Below, in pieces: positions 22,888-29,844 of a stretch of 29,844 bases of DNA (within the stretch, counting starts at the first letter, position 1; every line of letters begins with the position of its first letter). The notes beneath the pieces were generated by a model. The model was not told the DNA's origin, searched no databases, and saw only the letters and a program-made list of their open reading frames with translations. The translations under genes were made by a program, and so were the position numbers. The stretch lies in contig DAOWBD010000001.1 in the NCBI GenBank assembly GCA_030634235.1, forward strand, positions 1 through 29,844, in the 5' to 3' direction. Source of the DNA: Candidatus Omnitrophota bacterium (GTDB taxonomy: Bacteria; Omnitrophota; Gorgyraeia; Zapsychrales; Zapsychraceae).

Positions 22888-24093
22888 TTATTTCAAATTA
22901 TAAATTTCGGATTCCCAACGGGATCTCAAATCCGGGTTATCGACCCATGATAGAACATAATTCGTATATTCTTCTCCCGTCACTCCAGTATTTCTTCCGG
23001 TAATGCTCATCTTTTTTTCGAACTGGCCGCAGATCTCGAGGGCCATCTCAACCTTCTCGGCGAGCTCGACGTAACCAATGTGACGCAGAAGCATCGCGCT
23101 TGCACGAATCATCGAACACGGATCGGCGTATTGCGCGCGGCCTTCCTTAACCATCCGCGGCGCGCTACCGTGGATCGCCTCGAACATCGCCCAGCGTGTT
23201 CCAATATTCGCGCTGCCCGCCGTCCCAACGCCACCTTGGAGTTGTGCGGCTTCGTCAGTCAAAATATCACCGTAAAGATTTGGAAGCACGATCACTTTAA
23301 AGTCTTTGCGTCGTGCCGGATCGATCAGCTTTGCCGTCATGATATCGATGTACCATTCGTCAAGCTTGATCTCCGGATATTCTTTCGCGATACGAAATGC
23401 CACTTGCGAGAACCGGCCGTCGGTCGTCTTAACAACATTCGATTTCGTCACAACAGTCACGTAATTAATCTGATTGGCCTTCGCGTATTCAAAGGCCATG
23501 CGGATGATCCGCTCGGCGCCCTGTTCGGTAATCACCTTAAAATCAATGCTCAGGTCGTCGAAAATATTGACGCCTCTTGACCCAAGGACGTATGCCCCCT
23601 CGGTATTCTCGCGAAAGAAGCACCAGTCGATCCCCTCTTGCGGGATCTTTACCGGTCGAACATTCGCAAAAAGGTCCAGGTACCGTCGCATCGCGACATT
23701 CGCACTCTCAATATTTGGCCACTGATCACCGGCTTGCGGCGTCGTTGTCGGTCCTTTTAAAATCACATGGCAGGCCTTGATCTCCTCAAGAACGTCGTCG
23801 GGAATCGCCTTTTTATGCTTAGCCCTGTTCTCAATCGTCAAACCGGCAATATCCTTAAACTGTATCTTCCCTGCTTCAACTTCATCCTTTAAGATATGCT
23901 CGAGAACATGCCGGGCGTGTTTTGAGATGATCTCGCCGATACCGTCACCAAAACAAACACCAACGATGATCGGGTTGATCTTGGTATAATCGACGGCCTC
24001 GCTGCCCTGCTTCATCGCCTCAATGCGCTCTAATTGTTCCTTAATGATGATTTCAAATTTTTCTTTTGCCTGTTCGACTGAATTTTCTAACAT
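22888..24093 (-). CDS. icd: Isocitrate/isopropylmalate dehydrogenase family, probably isocitrate dehydrogenase
   Basis: KGP.TTP, S-x-N-x3-R (ESANVAMRR), RP, RENTEG.Y, K.N, NLYGDIL.D and EAIHGSAP. The S/N pair is the isocitrate-type signature. Confidence 0.8.
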   Translation of the reverse strand: MLENSVEQAKEKFEIIIKEQLERIEAMKQGSEAVDYTKINPIIVGVCFGDGIGEIISKHARHVLEHILKDEVEAGKIQFKDIAGLTIENRAKHKKAIPDDVLEEIKACHVILKGPTTTPQAGDQWPNIESANVAMRRYLDLFANVRPVKIPQEGIDWCFFRENTEGAYVLGSRGVNIFDDLSIDFKVITEQGAERIIRMAFEYAKANQINYVTVVTKSNVVKTTDGRFSQVAFRIAKEYPEIKLDEWYIDIMTAKLIDPARRKDFKVIVLPNLYGDILTDEAAQLQGGVGTAGSANIGTRWAMFEAIHGSAPRMVKEGRAQYADPCSMIRASAMLLRHIGYVELAEKVEMALEICGQFEKKMSITGRNTGVTGEEYTNYVLSWVDNPDLRSRWESEIYNLK

Positions 24094-24126
24094 TGCAACT
24101 CCGTTCGATGATGAAAATATTTATTT

Positions 24127-25179
24127 CTAGCTCAGCAGCTGCTCAAACTCCTCAACGTTCTTCACTTGAGCATAAGCGTCTTCATACGTTACGATACCCT
24201 CTTCAAACAACAGTTTTAAGGACATGTCCATGGTATGCATACCATACTGAATCCCGGTCTGAATCGACGTCGGGATCTGCTCGACTGACCGCTCGCGGAT
24301 CAGGTTGCGGATTGCCGGGGTCACAACCAAAATCTCCGATGCTAACGCCCGCCCTTCGCCACCAGCTCGCGGCAATAGAATCTGTGAAGCAACACCCTGC
24401 AAACACGCCGACAACTGCAGGCGCACCTGCTGCTGCTGATGCGCCGGGAACACATCAATAATACGCTCGATCGTCTGGGGCGCGTCAGGCGTATGCAACG
24501 TAGCCAGAACTAAGTGACCGGTTTCCGCCGCGGTCAGCGCCGTCGAAATCGTCTCCAAATCACGCATTTCTCCGACGACAATAACGTCGGGATCCTGTCG
24601 CAAGCAGCGCTTGAGAGCCTCAGCAAAGGAATGCGTGTCGCTAAACACTTCTCTTTGCTTGATAACCGCTTTTTTATTCTTATGCACATATTCGATAGGA
24701 TCTTCAATGCACATAATCATGCACGCGCGCTCCTGATTAATAACCTCGATCATCGAGGCGAGCGTTGTCGTCTTACCCGAACCGGTCGGCCCCGTAATCA
24801 GAATAAGTCCGCTCGGACGACGGGCAAAATCAATGATCGACGGAGGCAACCCTAGATCATGAAGGGAAGGAACATACTGAGGAATCCTCCGGAACGCCGC
24901 CTCAACGGAACCTTTCTGAAGATGGACATTAACACGAAAACGCTCCAACCCTTCAAGCGCAAGCGAGAAATCGAGTTCCTTATCACGCTCAAATTTTTCC
25001 TTCTGATTATCCGAAAGAATCGCGTAAATGGACTTCTTCAGTTCTTCTTTGACCAGCGGTTTTTCATTAGTAAGGACAAGTTTTCCGTCGATACGCAAAA
25101 CAGGCGGGCTATTTTCGGTAAGATGCAAATCCGATGCTTTTTGTTGAATAGAAAGTTTGAGCAGTTCTTTAAGATCCAC
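24127..25179 (-). CDS. pilT: Type IV pilus retraction ATPase
   Basis: GPTGSGKTTT, EDPIE, LRQDPD..VGEMRD, TLH and the PilT hallmark AIRNLIRE. Confidence 0.92.
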   Translation of the reverse strand: MDLKELLKLSIQQKASDLHLTENSPPVLRIDGKLVLTNEKPLVKEELKKSIYAILSDNQKEKFERDKELDFSLALEGLERFRVNVHLQKGSVEAAFRRIPQYVPSLHDLGLPPSIIDFARRPSGLILITGPTGSGKTTTLASMIEVINQERACMIMCIEDPIEYVHKNKKAVIKQREVFSDTHSFAEALKRCLRQDPDVIVVGEMRDLETISTALTAAETGHLVLATLHTPDAPQTIERIIDVFPAHQQQQVRLQLSACLQGVASQILLPRAGGEGRALASEILVVTPAIRNLIRERSVEQIPTSIQTGIQYGMHTMDMSLKLLFEEGIVTYEDAYAQVKNVEEFEQLLS

Positions 25180-25211
25180 GTGTGGCCCCCTTTAATAGCA
25201 CTACAAGTGAG

Positions 25212-26396
25212 TTATTTGGACGAATGTTCTTTGATCCATCCAGCAATACGTTTTGTTCCTTCCTGTATTCTCTCAGTGGAAGTCGCAAAACTCAAACGCA
25301 TGAACCCGGGAGCCCCAAACCCTTCCCCGGGAATGATCGCAACGTTGACGTCATCGAGGATCTGCTTGGCAACCTCAAAGGAGGCGCCCAGCTTCGAGAA
25401 ATTACAAAAGAGATAAAAAGCCCCTTCAGGTTTAATATAATCTACTTCGGGAATTTGATCGAACGCGGATGTGATCAGGTCACGCCGGCGTTTGAATTCG
25501 TCCCGCATCGCAATGATACTCTCTTCAGGTTCTTTAAGAGCCTGTAGCGCCGCCATCTGACTGATCGAAGATGGATTGGACGTCGAGTGGTCCTGAAGTT
25601 TCTTGACGTATCCCATGATCTCTTCAGGTCCAGCCGCATATCCGATCCGCCACCCGGTCATGGAATAGGCCTTCGAAACACCGTTGACCGTGATCGTCAG
25701 GTCATAGATATCCTTGCCTAAAGATGCCAGAGACGTATATTCCGGCGCATCATAAATAAGCTTTTCATAGATCTCATCGCTGATCACATAAATGCCTTTA
25801 TCCACGCAAACCTTGGCAATTGATTCGAGTTCTTCCTTCGAATACAACATACCCGTCGGGTTCGACGGCGAATTCAGGATCAACAGTTTTGTTTTATCGG
25901 TAATATTCTCGGCGAGCTGTTCGGCCGTGATCTTAAAATGTGTCTTGGCCGACGTGGGCAGCATTTTTGAGGTCGCACCAGCCAGCTTGACCATTTCCGG
26001 ATAACTAACCCAGTAAGGTGAAGGAATAAGAACCTCTTCCCCCTCGTCAACCAAGACCTGGATAATGGCATAGATCGAATGTTTTGCCCCGCAGGAAACA
26101 ACGATCTGCAACGGCGTATACTCTAACTGGTTATCTTTTTTGAATTTCTCGGCGATGGCCTGACGTAAATCCAGAGTGCCGGTACTTGGCGTGTATTTCG
26201 TAAAACCATTTTCGATGGCCTTGATAGCCGCAGCCTTGATTGAATCGGGAGTATCAAAATCAGGTTCCCCAGCGGCAAAATTAACAACATCACATCCCTT
26301 AGCCCTGAGTTCCTTTGCCTTTGCCGTGATCGCAAGCGTAGAAGAACCGACAACCTTGGCGATCCGGCTGTTAATCTTTACAGGTAACGTTTCCAA
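25212..26396 (-). CDS. aspC: Class I/II PLP-dependent aminotransferase (aspartate aminotransferase type)
   Basis: GEPDF, NSPSNPTG, SDEIY and SKAYSMTGWRIG (PLP lysine). AGGAG SD before a TTG start. Confidence 0.9.
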   Translation of the reverse strand: METLPVKINSRIAKVVGSSTLAITAKAKELRAKGCDVVNFAAGEPDFDTPDSIKAAAIKAIENGFTKYTPSTGTLDLRQAIAEKFKKDNQLEYTPLQIVVSCGAKHSIYAIIQVLVDEGEEVLIPSPYWVSYPEMVKLAGATSKMLPTSAKTHFKITAEQLAENITDKTKLLILNSPSNPTGMLYSKEELESIAKVCVDKGIYVISDEIYEKLIYDAPEYTSLASLGKDIYDLTITVNGVSKAYSMTGWRIGYAAGPEEIMGYVKKLQDHSTSNPSSISQMAALQALKEPEESIIAMRDEFKRRRDLITSAFDQIPEVDYIKPEGAFYLFCNFSKLGASFEVAKQILDDVNVAIIPGEGFGAPGFMRLSFATSTERIQEGTKRIAGWIKEHSSK

Positions 26397-26431
26397 TGTT
26401 CTGTCTCCTTTTGTTAACGTTTTAAAAGAAA

Positions 26432-27055
26432 TTATTTCCCGGAAGACTTCCGGTTAAATATCTTTCTGATACCGGAGAATTTGCTCCCCCGTTTTTCTGT
26501 ATCCGCGTTGGGAGCGACCTTCTTTGGCTTGGCAATGTCTTTCTTTGAAGCCTGGTCTTTGGCATCCTTCTCACCACTTTCCTTGACCTGAGTTTTTGCC
26601 GCCGGCATTTGGGTTTCGTCTTTGGAAGGAACAGCTTCTAAATCTTTCTTTTTAGTCTTAGCCGCTGTTGCAGATTTGGGTTTACTAACAACGATCTCTT
26701 CTTTTTCGGTGAGCTCGAGAAATGCCAGCTTGGCATTATCGCCGCGCCGGTTTCCAAGAGGAATAATCCTTGTATATCCTCCTGCTCGGTCTTTGAAACG
26801 GGGTGAGGTCTTCGTAAACAGATTGCTAACCAGCTTGTGGTCACAAAGGATCGCAAAGGCCCGGCGCTTATCGGCAAGGGTTCCTTTCTTTCCTAACGTA
26901 ATAAGCTTATCAACGAGCTTCCTGGCTTCTTTCGCCTTCGCCTCTGTCGTGCAAATCCGTTGTTGGATCAATGCCGCCTTAGCGATATCGCGAACCGTCG
27001 CTTTGCGCGCACTTGAATTTCGTCCTAATTTATTCCCTGCAATACCGTGTCTCAT
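26432..27055 (-). CDS. rplQ: 50S ribosomal protein L17 with about 90-aa C-terminal extension
   Basis: MRH....KLGR, TT.AKAKE, R.GGYTRI and R.GDNA. Follows rpoA. Confidence 0.96.
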   Translation of the reverse strand: MRHGIAGNKLGRNSSARKATVRDIAKAALIQQRICTTEAKAKEARKLVDKLITLGKKGTLADKRRAFAILCDHKLVSNLFTKTSPRFKDRAGGYTRIIPLGNRRGDNAKLAFLELTEKEEIVVSKPKSATAAKTKKKDLEAVPSKDETQMPAAKTQVKESGEKDAKDQASKKDIAKPKKVAPNADTEKRGSKFSGIRKIFNRKSSGK

Positions 27056-27073
27056 AATTTTCCTTCTTCGTGA

Positions 27074-28060
27074 TTAGTCTTTCTTGCGCAATTTCTTCGG
27101 GTCGACCTTCATCCCCAAGCTCAATCCCATAACCTTGAGGATTTCATTGATCTCCGTCAGGGATTTCTTTCCAAAATTGCGGTACGTCAAAAGCTCGGAT
27201 TCCGGCTTTCGGACAAGTTCAGCAATCGTTTTAATATTTCCATCCTTCAGGCAGTTCGCACTGCGCACCGACAACTCTAATTCAGAAATCGGAAGGCGTA
27301 ATTTCTCGTAAAGAGCCTTCTCTTCGACGGACACTTCTTCTTCCTCTTCTTCCTCTTCGGGAAGCTGTCCGTAACTGACGAACACGTCAAGGTGACGCTG
27401 CAAAATATTCGCCCCGTAGAGCATCGCCTCTTTCGGGCTGACACCGCCGTTTGTATGCACTTCCATGATCAACCGGTCATAATCCGTGCGTTGGCCAACA
27501 CGCGTGTTCTCAACATTATAACTGACACTCACAATAGGCGTAAAAATCGAGTCCACGGCGATCGCATCGACAACATCTTTTTTGTTTTGCTCAGCCGGAA
27601 CATAGCCGCGGCCACGGGAAACTTCCATTTCAATATGGAGCTTTGTATCACGCGATAGCGTTGCGATGTGCAGATCGGGGTTCAAAACCTCGATGGTCTC
27701 ATCACAAATGATATCCGCCGCCGTAACCTCCCCTTTTTTCTCCGCTTTAACAAAGATCGGCTTAGGCACCTTGGAATGGGAGCGCAAAACCAATCTCTTC
27801 ACATTGAGGATGAGCTCTGAAACGGACTCCATCACACCGGGGATCGTCGAATACTCGTGCCTGATGCCATCGATCTTGATCGACGTGACCGCACTTCCTT
27901 CAATTGACGACAATAAAATACGACGTAATGAGTTCCCTAACGTAATGCCATACCCCTTCTCAAAGGGCTCGGCTATGAACTTTCCACGGGTATCTGTATA
28001 TGTTGATTCATCACAATCCAGCCTTTTGGGCATCTGAAAATCACGCCACTTAACTCCCAT
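27074..28060 (-). CDS. rpoA: RNA polymerase alpha subunit
   Basis: EPFEKGYG.TLGNSLRR.LLSS, RVGQRTDYD.L, ELSVRSANCL and NFGKKSL.EI motifs. Confidence 0.98.
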   Translation of the reverse strand: MGVKWRDFQMPKRLDCDESTYTDTRGKFIAEPFEKGYGITLGNSLRRILLSSIEGSAVTSIKIDGIRHEYSTIPGVMESVSELILNVKRLVLRSHSKVPKPIFVKAEKKGEVTAADIICDETIEVLNPDLHIATLSRDTKLHIEMEVSRGRGYVPAEQNKKDVVDAIAVDSIFTPIVSVSYNVENTRVGQRTDYDRLIMEVHTNGGVSPKEAMLYGANILQRHLDVFVSYGQLPEEEEEEEEVSVEEKALYEKLRLPISELELSVRSANCLKDGNIKTIAELVRKPESELLTYRNFGKKSLTEINEILKVMGLSLGMKVDPKKLRKKD

Positions 28061-28092
28061 ATCATCCTCCTAATTGGTATTTCGCAGAAATT

Positions 28093-28722
28093 TTATCTGG
28101 AATAAAGCTCGACGATCAACTGCTCGTTGACAGGGAACCCAACATCTTCCCGTTCAGGTAACCGTTTGATCTTTGCTTTGTAATGCGTATGATCCACCTC
28201 AAGCCATTCAGGTACGGTCCGATCTTGCGTGGATTTAATACTGTCATCAACGTTCTGTTTGCCCTTCTTCTTAAACTGAATGAAAATTTCGTCATTCTGT
28301 TTCGTCAAGAATGAAGGGATATTAACGCGATGGTCGTTGACAAAAACAAAACCATGGTTCACTAGCTGTCGCGCCTGCCGCCTTGAAGTACAAAACCCAA
28401 GCCGAAAGATCACATTATCCAATCTTCTCTCCAGAAACTGCAACAAGACCTCACCGGTAATCCCCTTTCCGCGGGCTGCTTTCGCAAAATAGTTGCGAAA
28501 CTGCTTCTCGTAAAGACCATAGGTCCTTTTTACTTTTTGTTTTTCGCGCAACTGAAGACCGTAGTTCGACAGTTTTGTGCGGCGGCTTGACCCGTGGTCG
28601 CCGGGAGCATAGGCTCTTCGGTCAAAGGCGCAACGATGCGTCGTGCATCTCGTACCTTTCAAGAAAAGCTTTTCACCCTCTCTGCGACATAACCGGCAGC
28701 TTGAACCAATATATTTTCCCAT
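28093..28722 (-). CDS. rpsD: 30S ribosomal protein S4 (zinc-binding type)
   Basis: CRLCRREG.KLFLKG.RC, QLREKQK, LE.RLDN and ARQLV.HG motifs. Confidence 0.98.
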   Translation of the reverse strand: MGKYIGSSCRLCRREGEKLFLKGTRCTTHRCAFDRRAYAPGDHGSSRRTKLSNYGLQLREKQKVKRTYGLYEKQFRNYFAKAARGKGITGEVLLQFLERRLDNVIFRLGFCTSRRQARQLVNHGFVFVNDHRVNIPSFLTKQNDEIFIQFKKKGKQNVDDSIKSTQDRTVPEWLEVDHTHYKAKIKRLPEREDVGFPVNEQLIVELYSR

Positions 28723-28740
28723 AAGACTCTCTCTCCTAAA

Positions 28741-29139
28741 TTATACCCTGCGTTTCTTTCTCGGACGGCAGCCATTATGCGGCAATGGCGTTACATCCTT
28801 TATCGACGTCACCGTCAATCCGTTAGCCTGCAGCGCGCGAATAGCTGATTCCCGTCCAGAACCCGGGCCGTTAACAAGAACTTCCACACTTTTCAAGCCT
28901 AGATCTTTTGCACGACGCGCAGCGTCGGACGAAGCAACCTGAGCCGCGAACGGCGTCGATTTCTTAGAACCGCTAAATCCCACAACACCTGGCGTCGACC
29001 AGACAATAACGTTGCCCTGCACGTCCGTGATCGTTATCACCGTATTATTAAATGTCGCCTTGATATGAACCACACCTGAAGTTATTCCCTTCAGCGCTTT
29101 CTTCTTTGCCTTATCTTTTCTTTTTATTGGTTTAGCCAT
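28741..29139 (-). CDS. rpsK: 30S ribosomal protein S11
   Basis: [26 protein letters not shown] and DVTP.PHNGCRP.K.RRV motifs. Confidence 0.98.
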   Translation of the reverse strand: MAKPIKRKDKAKKKALKGITSGVVHIKATFNNTVITITDVQGNVIVWSTPGVVGFSGSKKSTPFAAQVASSDAARRAKDLGLKSVEVLVNGPGSGRESAIRALQANGLTVTSIKDVTPLPHNGCRPRKKRRV

Positions 29140-29161
29140 TTAACAGTTATCCTTTACCGAT

Positions 29162-29536
29162 TTATTTTTTCTTGACCTTGCCACCTACACTCGGTTTTCG
29201 CCCTTTGCGTGTCCGTGAATTGGTTTTTGTCCTCTGGCCGCGAACCGGCAACCCCCTGCGATGACGCAGTCCCCGGTACGTTCCAATCGAAACATGTCTT
29301 TTAACATTCTCACTAATCTCCCGACGGAGATCTCCTTCTGTAATATAATTACTTTGGATAATCGACGTGATCCGCGAGATCTCTTCATCCGAAAGCTCTT
29401 TGGCCCGCCGGTTGCAATCAATGTTAGCCTGGGCCAGAATCTCACGGGATCTGGTCGGCCCTATTCCGTAAATATATCGCAAGGAGGCTTCGATCCTCTT
29501 TTCCTTTGGAATATCAACACCTAGAATTCTTGGCAT
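29162..29536 (-). CDS. rpsM: 30S ribosomal protein S13
   Basis: MPRI.GVD.P, IYGIG and [24 protein letters not shown] motifs. Confidence 0.98.
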   Translation of the reverse strand: MPRILGVDIPKEKRIEASLRYIYGIGPTRSREILAQANIDCNRRAKELSDEEISRITSIIQSNYITEGDLRREISENVKRHVSIGTYRGLRHRRGLPVRGQRTKTNSRTRKGRKPSVGGKVKKK

Positions 29537-29540
29537 ACGT

Positions 29541-29654
29541 CTACCCTTGTCTTTGTTTGTGTTTTGGATTAGTACAAATCACTCGCACGACCCTCTTGCG
29601 CCGAACAATCTTACAATTTCCACATAATCTTTTAACTGATGCTTTTACTCTCAT
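29541..29654 (-). CDS. rpmJ: 50S ribosomal protein L36 (37 aa, absent from ORF track)
   Basis: Hand translation gives [37 protein letters not shown], with a C-x2-C...C-x4-H zinc ribbon. Confidence 0.97.
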   Translation of the reverse strand: MRVKASVKRLCGNCKIVRRKRVVRVICTNPKHKQRQG

Positions 29655-29655
29655 T

Positions 29656-29844
29656 TTATTTATTCCTGTATGTTATGCGCCCGCGCGAGAGATCATAGGG
29701 CGATAATTCAAGTTTGACTTTATCTCCAGGAAGGATCCGGATAAAGTGTTTACGGATCTTGCCTGATATATGCGCTAGAACGATATGGCCATTCTCAAGC
29801 TCCACACGAAACATCGCATTTGGCAATGCCTCTTTGATGATCCC
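29656..29844 (-). CDS. infA: Translation initiation factor IF-1, 5'-truncated by the window edge
   Basis: Hand translation gives [62 protein letters not shown]-stop. Confidence 0.96.
   Translation of the reverse strand, partial: GIIKEALPNAMFRVELENGHIVLAHISGKIRKHFIRILPGDKVKLELSPYDLSRGRITYRNK

Noticed and set aside
24859-25416. 185-aa plus-strand ORF and the other short plus-strand ORFs in the track
   Set aside because: All overlap well-supported minus-strand genes and show no family motifs.
27330-27362. TTC/CTC-rich simple repeat in rpoA
   Set aside because: Encodes the poly-Glu linker between the alpha NTD and CTD; ordinary low complexity.

Overview
This 29.8 kb window is core-genome DNA in which every supported gene lies on the minus strand, mostly with 0-20 nt gaps or ATGA/GTGA overlaps. 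In transcription order (right to left) it holds: infA (partial)-rpmJ-rpsM-rpsK-rpsD-rpoA-rplQ (alpha operon); aspartate aminotransferase, pilT, IDH-family dehydrogenase and a terminator; lipB, a free lipoyl domain, GT28 glycolipid synthase, acyltransferase, GT2, pcm and a TonB-like protein; a 112-bp inverted-repeat element; a sigma70 promoter, then DUF1844, Trm112-like, aroQ, membrane protein, Xaa-Pro peptidase, efp, accB, accC, asp23, amaP, pfk, gmhA, rfaE2, ThiD2-like, thiE and tRNA-Gly(CCC); nlpD-like, STAND-type ATPase, metallophosphoesterase, HIT, dGTPase and a degenerate GAF-HD-GYP; then SPOR protein, PVC signature protein, SH3 protein, site-2 protease and probable aroB (partial). The small basic signature protein points to the PVC superphylum. 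Omnitrophota is my guess (inference only). I found no transposase, integrase, CRISPR array or rRNA. The ORF track missed rpmJ, the Trm112-like gene, the infA and aroB fragments and the tRNA, and several of its starts are over-extended. The most unusual observation is at 17662-17773: two imperfect inverted arms each begin an ORF encoding the same heptapeptide MVKLHAQ, with every coding difference synonymous. Other leads are a lipoyl-carrier/glycolipid operon, an HD-GYP lacking its HD dyad, a STAND-like ATPase with a decayed nuclease-like tail, and a REP-like doublet that supplies one gene's stop and the next gene's start. All family assignments come from motif recognition by eye, with no database searches.
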